NCBI GenBank assembly: GCA_951406725.2
Contig: OX597840.1
Location: 11,842,001 to 11,906,000, forward strand
Direction: 5' to 3'
DNA length: 64,000 nt
Source: Octopus vulgaris
Lineage: Eukaryota
Positions 13,195 to 24,930 of this stretch are shown here, one piece after another (positions within the stretch are counted from its first letter, which is position 1; each line of letters begins with the position of its first letter). Both the position numbers and the translations under genes were made by a program. Below the pieces are notes generated by a model that saw only the letters and a list, made by a program, of their open reading frames with translations, had not been told where the DNA came from and did not search any database.

Positions 13195-14130
13195 CCTCCC
13201 TGTCTTCTCCTCCTCCTCCTCCTCCTCCTCCTCCTCTTTGCTTTCTTCATCCTCTTCGTCCTTTTTTCTCTCTCTCTTTTCTCATTGCATTTTCTTATTG
13301 TCCTTCCTCTTCGTTTTTCTTCTCCGTCTTTCTCCTTTTTCCATCTTCTTCATCTTCTTTTTCTTCTCTCTTCACCTTTCTGTTTTCCTCCCTTTTCTGT
13401 TCCCTTTCTATTTCCTCTTTCTCTTTCATTCATTCTTCTCCCTCTTTCTCTTTTCCATCATCTTTGTCGCCTTCCTTATTCTTTTCCCTCTTTCTCTTCA
13501 TATTTCTTTTTCTTTTCCTTCCCTTTCTCATTCATCTTTTCTCTTTCCTCTTCATTCTTCTCCCTCTTACTCTGTTTCATTCTCTTTGTCATCTTCCTTT
13601 TCCTTCTTTCTCTTCATATTTCTTTGTTTTCCTTCCCTTTCTCATCCTTCTTTCTCTTTCCCCTTCATTCTTTCTTCTCCCTCTTTTTCTTCCTCTTCAT
13701 TGTCTTCCCTTTTCCCTCTTTTTCCTCTTTGTCTTTCATTTCTTCTTCTCCCTCTTTCTCTTTGACATCTTTTTCTTTTCCCTCATTCTCTTCATATTTC
13801 TTTTTCTTTTCCTTCCCTTTCTCATCCTTCTTTTCTCTTTCCTCTTCATTCTTCTTCTCCCTCTTTCTCTTTTTCATCCTCTTCAATCTCTTCCTTTTTC
13901 TTTCCCTCTTTCTCTTCATATTTCTTTTTCTTTTCCTTCCCTTTCTCATCCTTCTTTTCTCTTTCCCCTTTCATTCATTCATTCCTCTCCCTCTTTCTCT
14001 TTTTCATCCTCTTCATCGTCTTCCTCTTTTCCCCCTCCTTCCTCTTCATCTTATTTGCATGTTCTTGTTTTTCCTTCCTCTTCTATTTGTTCTTTTCTCC
14101 TTCCTCTTCATCTTTCTTTTTATCTTTTCA
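13195..14130. repeat. ~0.9 kb almost pure polypyrimidine (C/T) tract with internal higher-order duplications
   Basis: Very few purines on +; recurring block ctcttcatatttctttttcttttccttccctttctcat at ~13495, 13610, 13790, 13915. Confidence 0.95.
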
Positions 14131-14289
14131 ATAGAACTATCACAACAAACGAAGACTTTCTTTTAAACCTCTCTCTCTCTCAAACACACAAATACAGGGT
14201 TCAAACCCACCCCACAGCAGCTTGTACCAGACGTGTCTTCTGCTGTAATCCCAGGCTTCCAAATGCCTCATGAACGGGGGTCAGTTAAC

Positions 14290-14770
14290 GAAAACTCTGC
14301 TGAACCCCATTTTATGTATGTGTACACTTCATTTTGTTGACCCCAGAAGGACGAAAAGCACACTTCGGGGACATGAAGTTGGTCCTTTTGATTGACTCGG
14401 AACAGATACCAGATACTCCAGGGTATCGCAAACGAGGCCCTAACAATTCTACCAGTCCACTGCTCCACACTGGTACTGTATTTATTGTCCCTGAAGGATG
14501 AAATGTAAAGAGACCTTGGCCAGGTTTGAAAACTCTGCTGAACCCCATTTTATGTATGTGTACACTTCATTTTATTGACCCCCAGATGGACGAAAAGCAT
14601 ACTTCGGGGACATGGGGTTGGTCCATGTGATTACTCGGAACAGATACCAGATACTCCAGGGTATCGCAAACGAGGCCTTAACAATTCTGTCAGTCCACTG
14701 CTCTACACTGGTACTGTATTTATTGTCCCTGACGGATGAAATGTAAAGAGACCTTGGCCAGGTTTGAACC
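14290..14770. repeat. ~240-bp tandem duplication of degenerate SINE-derived sequence
   Basis: gaaaactctgctgaaccccattttatg...gagaccttggccaggtttgaa occurs twice back to back with few substitutions. Confidence 0.9.
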
Positions 14771-15109
14771 CAGGACCCAAAGCGCCAAAAAAAACCTCAC
14801 AGGTAATTTTGTCTGAAGCTCTAATGATTCTGCTAATCCTCAACCCGAATACTTCCCAAGAAGCTCACACATTTGTTTGAGTTTTCTGAAGCCTGGTATG
14901 TTCTTTTTTATATCTATAGTGCACCTATCTGTCCCTTTGCAGTGCACTTAGACCCCTCACTGTGCACCAAGATCAGCTGCAGTACTCTTTGAGGACCGCT
15001 GGTATATCATCTTCATCATCGTCACCGTTTAATGTCTGCCTTCCATGTTGACAGGAGCTGGCCAGGTAGAAGACTGCACAAGACTTCTGATGGTCTTAAT
15101 GGCTCCATA

Positions 15110-15520
15110 AGGCAGTGAGCTGGCAGAAACGTTAGCACGCCGGGCAAAATGCTTAGCGGTATTTCGTCTGCCGCTACGTTCTGAGTTCAAACTCCGCTGA
15201 GGTCATCTTTGCCTTTCATCCTTTCAGGGTCGATAAATTAAGTACCAGTTACGCATTGGGGTCGATATAATTGACTTAATCCATTTGTCTGTTCTTGTTT
15301 GTCCTCTACGTGTTTAGCCCCTTGTGGGTAGTAAAGAAATAGGTATTTCGTCTGCCATTACGTTCTGAGTTCAAATTCCGCCAAGGTCGACTTTGCCTTT
15401 CATCCTTTCGGGGTCGATAAATTAAGTACCAGTTACGCACTGGATCGATATAATTGACTTAATCCATTTGTCTCTCTGTGTTTAGCCCCTTGTGGGTAGT
15501 AAAGGAATAGGTATTTCGTC
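15110..15520 (+). mobile_element. SINE family B (core gactttgcctttcatcctttcggggtcgataaattaagtaccag, MetaSINE-like central domain), tandem partial copies; others at ~2150-2412, 21238-21729, 22890-23105, 37075-38290, 53043-53617
   Basis: Repeated many times; head ggcgagctggcagaaacg...gagttcaaattcc contains A/B-box-like motifs; tail ...gggtagtaaagaaa. Meta-domain assignment is from memory. Confidence 0.85.
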
Positions 15521-17545
15521 TCTCTTTTAGCCTGGTACTTATTCTATCAATTTCTTTTGCTGAACTGCTAAGGGGTTGTAAACACACCAACACTGGTTGT
15601 CAAGTGGTGCTGGTGGTTGTGAGTGATCACAGACACAAATTCTTTTATATCTCTTTCTCTTTCTCTTTTACTTGTTTCAGTCATTTGACTGCGGCCATGC
15701 TGGAGCACCGCCTTTAATCGAGCAACTCGACCCCGGGACTTATTCTTTTGTAAGCCCAGTACTTATTCTATCGGTCTCTTTTGCCGAACCGCTAAGTAAC
15801 GGGGACATAAACACACCAGCATCGGTTGTCAAGCAATGCTAGGGGGACAAACACAGACACACAAACACACACACATATATATATATATACATATATACGA
15901 CGGGCTTCTTTCAGTTTCCGTCTACCAAATCCACTCACAAGGCTTTGGTCGGCCCGAGGCTATAGTAGAAGACACTTGCCCAAGGTGCCATGCAGTGGGA
16001 CTGAACCCGAAACCATGTGGTTGGTAAACAAGCTACTTACCACACAGCCACTCCTGCGCCTATATATATATATATCTATCATCACCACCATCATTTAACA
16101 TCTGTTTTTCATGCTGGCTTGCGTTGGACGGTTTAACTGGGGACTGGCAAGTCAGTACGCTGCATCCTAACACCAACCACTCCAAGAATGTAGTGGGTGC
16201 TTTTTACGTGCCAGCGGCCTGGGGTCCAGTCAGGCGGTACTGGCATTGACCATGTTCAGATGGTGCTTATGTGCCACCAGCACAGGTGCCAGTCAGGCAG
16301 CACTGGCATTGGCCCCAACAACATTTTCCATTTTGATCTTGATTTGATTTTCTGTCTACCAAATCCACTCCCAAGGCTTTGGTCGGCCCGAGGCTATAGC
16401 AGAGGGCACTTGCCCAAGGTGCCATATTGTGAAACTGAACCCAGAACCATGTGGTTGGTAAGCAAGCTTCTTACCACACAGCCTTGGGATCTTTTCGGTT
16501 TGAATGGCAGTTTTTAACACAATTTCTAGGTAACTAAAAAATTTTAAACTTAGGGTGGGGGAAGGGTATCTTTTTTTTCTTCACAAATGTAAATAAATCC
16601 AATCTGTTTCTTAAATGAGGCACATATTCATACGGCACAGAATGTTTTTATTTACCTCAATAGATGTCAGTGATTGGTTGAAATTGCAGAAATGGAAGAA
16701 GAAAAAACAGCAAATATCTTACAAACTATAGAATTTTCTCAATAAAGCCAAGTGAAAAAGATGTTTTATAAACACATTCTACCAGTATACGAAGTTTAAA
16801 AGTGTTTAGTTACCTAGAAATTATGTTAAAAACTGCCGTTCAAACCAAAAAGATCCTTTTTCTTTTTTCTTTTGAAAGAGTACCCTGAAGAAGGGCAGGT
16901 GTACTTTCCATTTTCCCTTCCCCTCTTAGCCAGTTGATAAAAAAAAAGGGGTTGGAGTGTGTGTTACTCATAGATTGTGGTTCGGCGCCAATGTAAATTT
17001 TAGTATAAAGCACTTTAAATGTATCGGCTTTGTAACGATGCAGAGGTTGGGTTACTTACTTTTGGATGAGGAAAAGAAGTGATGCGGTTGGAGGGGAGGA
17101 AGGGGAGTACGTACGGTACAGGAAGAATTGTTCTCTGAGAGGGAGAGCGAGATTGGAGGGGGTGAAGGGACAGGGGGTGAAACCATGAAATCTGTGCCAA
17201 AGTTTGCTAAAAGGAACGAGTTGCTTTCTTCTCTGTGTGCACTTGATAATATTCAGGATGGCTGCTGACACATGGGTTTGCTAGCGTATAGTGGCCTGTG
17301 GTGGCGGTGGTGGTACCGGTGGTGGTGGTGGTTGCCTCTCTCTTTGTAAAACTTTTGCTGCCTTTAAATACTTTGGCTGCTGTTGCTGCTGCCGTGGCGT
17401 GGCGACATCTGGTAGAGCTTTTTCAGCTGGTGTTGGTGGTGCTAGTGTTCTACATTTCAACTGATATCTGTTGTATAGTGGATAATGGTGGTGGTGTGGG
17501 ATGGGGAGGAGGTAGCTATTGAATTACATGGCCTTGCAGATATGA

Positions 17546-17598
<53 letters not shown>

Positions 17599-17659
17599 GT
17601 GTGTATGCAGTATGTCTATAGATATATATGTGTGTGTATATGCAGTGTGTCTGTGTATT

Positions 17660-17709
<50 letters not shown>

Positions 17710-18794
17710 TATACCTACATCATATATAGATATGTACATACATCATATATATATATATACACACACACATATATAAACTCACATGCATATATATTTACAC
17801 ATATATATACACACATACATATATATTTACACACATACATATTTATATACACACATAAATATATATTTATACACATACATATTTATATATACACTTACAT
17901 ATACAGATACATATATATTTACATACACACACACACTCACACATATATATATATATACACATGCATATCTATCTATCTATCTATCTATCTATATATATAT
18001 ATATATACACACACACACATATATATACACACACACACACACATATGTACATACCTATATCTATATGTGCACAGCATGTGTGCGTGTATGTGAGTGTGTG
18101 AGCAAAAGTGCTAAGAATGTATAATAGTTTGGTGACCTGGTTTCTAATTCTCCTTTCTTCCTTCCTTCCTTACTGCCTTCCTTTTCATTCTTTTGCTGAT
18201 GTCGACTATTAAATAAACTTTCCAAAGCCAAGAATATCTTGTTGCTGTTGATGCTGCTGTTGCCGTATTTATGTGTGTCAGTAACCCTTCGTTACTGTAT
18301 TTCAAAATAAAATGTCATTGCCCTGATCGGTTTTAATTAGTTTTTTTTTTTTAATCTGGTGATCAAGAATTCAGGGTGGGGTTTTTTGGGTAAATAAACA
18401 AACTCCTTCTCATTATTTATTATTAAATTAGTTTTTAGAGCATTGAACTTTTTTTACCCTCAGTCAATCTGTCGCTTGTTTACGCTCACATGAACTGCGG
18501 TCATGCTGGGGCACCACTTTGAAGGGGTTTTAATCAGGGCAAATTGACCCCACCCCCCACCTTGTGCTTTTTCTTTCTTTACTCTCTTTTACTTGTTTCA
18601 CAGTCATTTGACTGCGGCCATGCTGGAGCACCACCTTTTAGTCGAGCAAATCGATCCCCCAGGACTTATTCTTTGTAAGCCTAGTACTTATTCTATCGGT
18701 CTCTTTTTGCCGAACCGCTAAGTTACGGGGACATGAACACACTAGCATCGGTTATCAAGCGATGTTGGGGGGACAAACACAGACACACAAACAT

Positions 18795-18825
<31 letters not shown>

Positions 18826-19956
18826 CATATACACGACAGGCTTCCTTCAGTTTCTGTCTACCAAATCCACTCACAAGGCTTTGGTCGGCCTGAGGCTATA
18901 GTAAAAGGCACTTGCCCAAGGTGCCACCATATATATATATATATGTATGTGTGTTTGTGTGTATGTGTATATATATATATATGTATATATGTATGTGTGT
19001 TTATGTATGTATATATATATGTGTGTGTGTGTTTATGTGTATGTATATATGTATGTGTGTTTATGTGTATGTATATATGTGTGTGTGTGTGAATATATAT
19101 GTGTGTGTATGAATATATATGTGTTTGTGTGGTTTTTTTTTTTTTTTTTTTTGTACTTGTTTCAGTCATTTGACTGCGGCCATGCTGGAGCACCGCCTTT
19201 AGAGTGGTGAAAGAGTACAGCAGGGATCACCACCTCCTACCGGAGCCTCGTGGAGCTTTTAGGTGTTTTTTTTCGCTCAATAAACACACACACAACGCCC
19301 GGTCTGGGAATCGAAACCGTGATCCTCCGACCGCAAGTCCGCTGCCCTAACCACTAGGCCATATGTGTATTTGTGTGTATGTATATATACGTGTGTGTAA
19401 GTACATATATATATACATATATATGTATCTGTGTATATATATATATGTGTGTGTGTATAAACACTCAGCCATGCCTTCACAACAGGAGAAAAAACCCATT
19501 ACTTGTTCTTTTCTTAGTCTAAGCCATTGGACTGTGGCCATGCTGGGGCATTTAAAAGGGTTTTTAGCTGATCAAAACAATACTATTTATTTTTCAAGTT
19601 CAATACTTATTCAGTTAGTCTCCCTTTTGCTGAACTACTAAGTTACAGGGATGTAAACAAACACCAGTTCTCAAGTAGTGGGACTCCCAGACTGGCGGGG
19701 ATTTGGTAGCTATTTCTAGCAGATAAGCAATCCCGTATTGGCCCCTTTGTGGCTGATCACTTAAGTAGTGTTATTTTTTGTTTCACTTTCGACTGGAGTT
19801 TGATATTTGAATATTTTGACACGGCTCCATCACTGTCCCACTAAATGTGGAAGCTGAATGCTTATACTTAAATATATAAAAAAAAAAAAGAATCCTCAAA
19901 ATGAAACCCTTGTTTAATACATTTCCTTGTCTTTTCTCGTTGCAGCTAGATTAAAC

Positions 19957-20131
19957 ATGGCAGTCGTCAGATATATGTTACGAGGCTGTGTTCTTTTCTT
20001 CACTGGAGTCTTTTTCACACTCGTTCTCAACCTCTTACAAGTACAACGGCAGCTCTCATTCCCACAAGAAGTCATCACAAATCTCTTTTCATCTACATGG
20101 TGGGTTCCCCCTACATGTGGGACAGCTGCTG
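19957..20131 (+). CDS. INSIG: Insig coding exon 1 ([58 protein letters not shown]); exon itself begins at 19946 after a ttgcag acceptor, so at least one upstream exon exists
   Basis: Translation matches vertebrate INSIG TM1-TM2 (RGxVLF..GVF..LVLNLLQ.QR...WWVPPxCGTA). Acceptor ends at 19945; donor G|GTAAGT at 20132, phase 1. ATG choice is inferred because the 11 nt upstream within the exon are also open. Confidence 0.95.
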
Positions 20132-20359
20132 GTAAGTGTTAACACCTGCTACATGTTTTTTTTCTTCTTAAACAACTTTTTAAAATCCTTCACTTTCTCA
20201 CTCTTTTATACTGGTTTGTTGCCTTCTTTTTCCCCCTTTTCTCCCTTCTTTTTCCCTTTTTCTCCCTTTTCCCTTTTTTCTCCCTTCTTTTTCCTTAACC
20301 ACTAAGCCATATGTCTCTACTAAAAAGGTAAAGCTACCTTCTTGTATCGTACTAATTCA

Positions 20360-20575
20360 TAAGGGCCCGGTTTCTCTGGTTTCCACAGCGTATATATTCC
20401 CCACCTGGATGGGATGCTAGTCCCTCACAGGATTAACTCATTTTTGCCAGCTGAGTGGACTGGAGCAACGTGAAATGAAGTGTTTTCTTCAAGAACACTA
20501 CGTTGCCTGATCCAGGAATTGAAACCACAATCTTACGATCATGAGTCCAACACCCCTAACCACTAAACCATGTGT
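20360..20575 (-). mobile_element. tRNA-derived SINE family D (other copies ~8170-8380, 32165-32400)
   Basis: Minus-strand head tagtggttagg...gtttcaattcc (A/B boxes) and shared body ctcatttttgccagctgagtggactggagcaacgtgaaatgaagtg in three copies. Confidence 0.75.
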
Positions 20576-21003
20576 CTCCACCTAGGTGCATATCGCACAA
20601 GCCCACTGACATGGGCTTGTAGACATGTCCTGATGTCATATGAACCAATCCTTATGCCTCTAAGAATTAAAAGAGCCTGTGCCCTCAATGGTAAACTTGG
20701 GAAAACAGGAGACTATGAGGGTAAACCAAAAAGGAACTGCCAGGCAGCAGCAGAAGATCACTGTGGTATGTTTCCCCGAGTCGCATACCTTCAGGTTGTG
20801 GGTTCAGATCTTACCTAGGTCGACTTTGTTTCTCGCTCTTCCTTCTATGGGGCGGGGTCAATGAAACCATTCAAGCACTGGGGTCATTCTTATCAACTGT
20901 AGCCTCCCCCCTAATTTGTGCCAAATTTAGGGGATTAAAAAAACCCCCAATATTTCTTATTCCTAAATAATGTGTTCATTTTTCTCTTTTTGTCTTTTTG
21001 CAG

Positions 21004-21128
21004 CCATCATAGGTCTCTTGTATCCATGTTTAGACAACAAATTGGGCGAACCCCACACTCACAGACGAGAATGGTCCAGCGTGATGCGGTGTGTGGCCGT
21101 ATTTGTTGGCATCAACCATGCCAGTGCT
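21004..21128 (+). CDS. INSIG: Insig coding exon 2 ([42 protein letters not shown])
   Basis: Polypyrimidine tract plus CAG at 21001-21003; phase 1 join restores Ala; near-identical to the INSIG2 segment [21 protein letters not shown]; ends at U12-type donor GTATCCTTT. Confidence 0.97.
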
Positions 21129-21897
21129 GTATCCTTTTTTCTTTACCATTTTAATTCTTGTGAATTGTTCTTTGAGAGGGAAGGGCGCATTGGAGGGGGG
21201 GGATCTTGTGTCAGATGATAAAAGGTTTGAGTTAAACGCGGCGAGCTGGCAGAAACGTTAGCACACTGGGCGAAATGGTTAGCGGTATTTCACCTGCCAT
21301 TACGTTCTGAGTTCAAATTTTGCCGAGGTTGACTTTGCCTTTCATCCTTTCGGGGTCGATAAATTAAGTACCTATTTCTTTGCTACCCACAAGGGGCTAA
21401 ACACAGAGAGGATAAACAAGGACAGACAAACGGATTAAATCAATTACATCGACCCCGGTGCGTAACTGGTACTTATTTAATCAACCCCGAAAGGATGAAA
21501 GGCAAAGTCGACCTCGGCGGAATTTGAACTCGGAATGTGATGGCAGACGAAATACCACTAAGCATCTCGCCCGGCGTGCTAATGTCTCTTCCAGCTCGCC
21601 GCCTTGATAAATTAAATAAATTTAGTACCAGTTACGCACTGGGGCCGATGTAACCGACTTAATCCCTTTGTCTCTCCTTGTTTGTCCCCTCTATGTTTAG
21701 CTCCTTGTGAGCAATAAAGAAATAAGAAACAGGTGTCTTGCTCTAAAGAAGGTACATGGTTACCTGGTCAGAGAGGGAGAGAGAGTTAACGAGAACGAAG
21801 ACAGAGACAGGTGTGCTACTGTAGAGGAGATAATTGAATGTTTATTGTATTGCTTGATATCTTACGGGAACCTATATTCCTTGACTGCCTTGCTTAG
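21129..21897 (+). other. U12-type (minor spliceosome) GT-AG intron of Insig, 769 nt
   Basis: 5' splice site GTATCCTTT (21129-21137); branch box TTCCTTGAC (21877-21885) with branch A 13 nt before the end of the terminal AG; no long polypyrimidine tract; phase 0 join gives HASA|KIDF as in INSIG proteins. Confidence 0.95.
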
Positions 21898-22064
21898 AAA
21901 ATTGATTTTGCCAACAACATGCAGCTATCAATGACCTTGGCTGCTATGTCTATAGGCCTCTGGTGGTTGTTTGATCGGTCTCGCAGTGGGTTCGGTCTTG
22001 GTGTTGGAATCGCTGTCCTTGCTACCTTCATTGCTCAGCTTCTCGTCTATAACGGAGTTTACAG
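21898..22064 (+). CDS. INSIG: Insig coding exon 3 ([56 protein letters not shown]); missed by the ORF track
   Basis: Hand translation; contains the hallmark [14 protein letters not shown]; donor AG|GTAAGT at 22065, phase 2. Confidence 0.97.
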
Positions 22065-22305
22065 GTAAGTAAGATTTCTCTCTTCGTTTATTTACTGTTT
22101 TACCTGGTGCTACCATTTTCTGAACCTTTTCCCTTTTAAACCTTTTGTTTGCCCAAATCATTTTTATAAGTTTGTCCCACACGTCCATGCTTGTTTCCAG
22201 ACCTTTTAGTTGGCCCCTTGTTTCATACGTTCTGAGTAATATAAAAACCTTCCTTTCATATGTTCCAAGTTATACTGGTGGTTTAAAAAATTGGGGAAGT
22301 GTATA

Positions 22306-22811
22306 CCGTAAATCTTCGAGTATAATCTGCATTTTTTCCCAAAAATTTAAAGGTCAAAATCCCAAGTGCGTACTATATACGAGGTTAAAAATGAAAAATA
22401 TTTTCTAAGCAATGTCCGAGTCTCTATTTTGCTGTCCAGCAATGTTTATTCAGACGCATTTTGTGATGTCGGGTGCAAAACTACCTTAAGCTAAGCCTGA
22501 AAGCAATGAAGTCATAAAAGAATCATCCATAACTTGCAGTAAGCAACATTTATTAAAATAAAAGTATTCAGAACACAGAATAACATGTAACAAAAACAAT
22601 TTGCAAACATATTTACATTCCCATATAACAGTTAAGAACATCACCATTATTGTATTACGCATGCGTAGAAGTGTTTGTTCGACTAGGGGCTGCTGGCTTA
22701 ATTATACACGACTCCAGTTAGAGAAGGGGTACGTATTATACACAAGGTTTAGGTTTTTCAGAGGTACAGCCCCCTAAAAATCCCCTGCGGACTATACTCG
22801 AGGATTTACGG
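22306..22811. mobile_element. Tc1/mariner-superfamily (Tc2/pogo-like) MITE in Insig intron
   Basis: TA|CCGTAAATCTTCGAGTATAATCTGC ... GCGGACTATACTCGAGGATTTACGG|TA: ~25-bp TIRs and TA TSD. Confidence 0.85.
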
Positions 22812-23944
22812 TATATGATATATGGATACCATGGAACCTTATGTCCCGTGTATCAGATGTGATACACAAGGTAGACAAATGGTTAAACATTTCTTATTTC
22901 TTTATTGCCCACAAGGGGCTAAACATAGAGGGGACAAACAAAGGGATTAAGTCGATTACATCGACCCCAGTGCGTAACTGGTACTTAATTTATCAACCCT
23001 GAAAGGATGAAAGGCAAAGTCGACCACGGCGGAATTTGAACTCAGAACGTAAAGACAGACGAAATACCGCCTGGCGTGCTAACGTTTCTGCCAGCTTGCC
23101 ACCTTTTAAACAGGGTTAAACAGTTCTGTTAGAAGAGACAGTTTAATGAGACATTGGCAAATTAAATTATACAAAATATGCCTTTACCTGTCTAAAGCAT
23201 TTTTGTACTGGTAGCATGTTAAAAGCTCCCTTCAAAATTTTGGTGATATGCCACGTTTGAGAAGACGCGTCTGTGCTAGTGAAATTATTGAATCAAGAGT
23301 GAGGATTGAACCTTGTACCCTGTGCTATCTGTATAGAATGCTGTGGTTCTCTGTTTGAATTCCATCACACTGAATATTGATAGTCACCCTCCCTTTTGAT
23401 TAGAAGTACCAGTAATATTACCAGCTTCTTTATTTGTAGAGAAGCATAACAAGTTCTGTCTGAGCTGTACAAGCATGGAAAAGTGGACATTAAGTGATAA
23501 TATATATATATATATGTGTGTATGTGTATATATTTATACATACACACACACACATATATATATATATATATTATTTATATTTATATTTATTTGATGTTAT
23601 AAGAAGAATATGAAATAATTCTTTCATGGAATATTGGATCTCGAAGCACATAAAGCTATAAATGCAAGCTTTATGGGCTAAATAACAGCATGTATATATT
23701 ACTTGTGAATGTAACCCTTAAAGATTTTCTATAGAGATAGCCTTCACAAGCAATGTAGTGGCACTGCTAACACAGTAGAACACAGGATTGGCTTATAAAA
23801 ATGTATAATATATTTTGTGGTATATTTTGGTTGCATAACGAAATACGGTGTCCCCTTATTGGGTTGAAAATGCCTTTTGGATAGGATGTGTTGAACAAAA
23901 ACCCTAATTTCCTTCAACTTTTTTTCTGTCCAAGAGTTTTTTAA

Positions 23945-24405
23945 CCCTTTCGTTACTGTATTTCTGTTGAGATGCTCTGTGTTTCTTTCAATTACTTTAA
24001 ATATAACAAAGAATTTAGTAAAATAACTTAGTTATCATTCAGCTAGTGTTAGGAACATAAATTGTGACTAAGGTTTGGTGGAAGATTTTAATTCAAAACT
24101 TATGAAAACAAGACATTTGTACTACAGAGCCAGAGGTGGTTTCAGTCGGGTTGGTATCAAAAGGGTTAAATTAATTATTTGTTAACCCTTTTGTTACCGT
24201 ATTTCTGTTGAGATGCTCTGTTTTTTTTCAATTAATTTTAAGTATAACAAAGAATTTAGTAAAATAACTTGGTTATCATTCAGCTAGTGTTAGGAACATA
24301 AATTGTGACTAAGGTTTGGTGGAAGATTTTAATTCAAAACTTATGAAAACAAGACATTTGTACTCAGTGCCAGAGCCAGTTTCAGCTGGGTTGATAACGA
24401 AAGGG
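23945..24405. mobile_element. Two adjacent ~220-bp piggyBac-like MITEs, family 1 (23945-24165, 24186-24405); inverted copy at ~57974-58191
   Basis: Each is flanked by TTAA with CCCTTT...AAAGGG TIRs; paralogous empty TTAA site at 25080-25083. Confidence 0.92.
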
Positions 24406-24477
24406 TTAATTCAATATTTATATGCTATTAATTATAGCTTTATTTGCTTCAAGATCCACTGTTCCATAATAAAAATA

Positions 24478-24930
24478 TACAAGGGAGTTCTGAAAAGTTC
24501 CTGGCTTTGGTTAAAAGGAAATACACGAGGATCAGTTAATTATGATTTTATTCAACATATTCCAATCTCAGATTCACATACTTATTGCAGTGGTCCTTCA
24601 GTTTTTTCCTAAGACCTGTAAAAGAACTCGGAAAGTTGGGCCCCCAACCTGGCCTTTTGCGAGACCCTTAAAACCAGGACCTTTTCAGTACCTTCTCATA
24701 TATTTACATATGAGAAGGTGCTGAAATGTTCCTGGGTTTGGGTAAAAGAAAATACAGGAGGATCAGTTAATTATGATTTTTTTCATCATATTCCCATCTC
24801 AGATTCACATACTTATTGCAGTGGTCCTTCAATTTTTCTAAGCCCTGTAAAAGAATTCGGAGAGTTGGGCCTCCAACCAAACCTTTCGTGATACCCTTAA
24901 AGCCAGGAACTTCTCAGGCCCCACCTGTCA
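24478..24930. mobile_element. Two tandem mariner-type MITEs (~220 bp); third copy ~25147-25475 interrupted by a SINE C tail
   Basis: Ends tacaagggagttctgaaaagttcctgg / ccaggaccttttcagtaccttctcata are inverted and TA-flanked; bodies near-identical. Confidence 0.75.

Noticed and set aside
13188-14273. 361-aa F/L/S-rich membrane-like ORF
   Set aside because: A polypyrimidine tract cannot encode stops; all three + frames are largely open.
19200-19362. tRNA-like sequence on the minus strand (ggcctagtggttagggcagcggacttgcggtcgg...gtttcgattccc)
   Set aside because: No acceptor-stem closure, and it continues into a SINE-like body; best read as a tRNA-derived SINE head.
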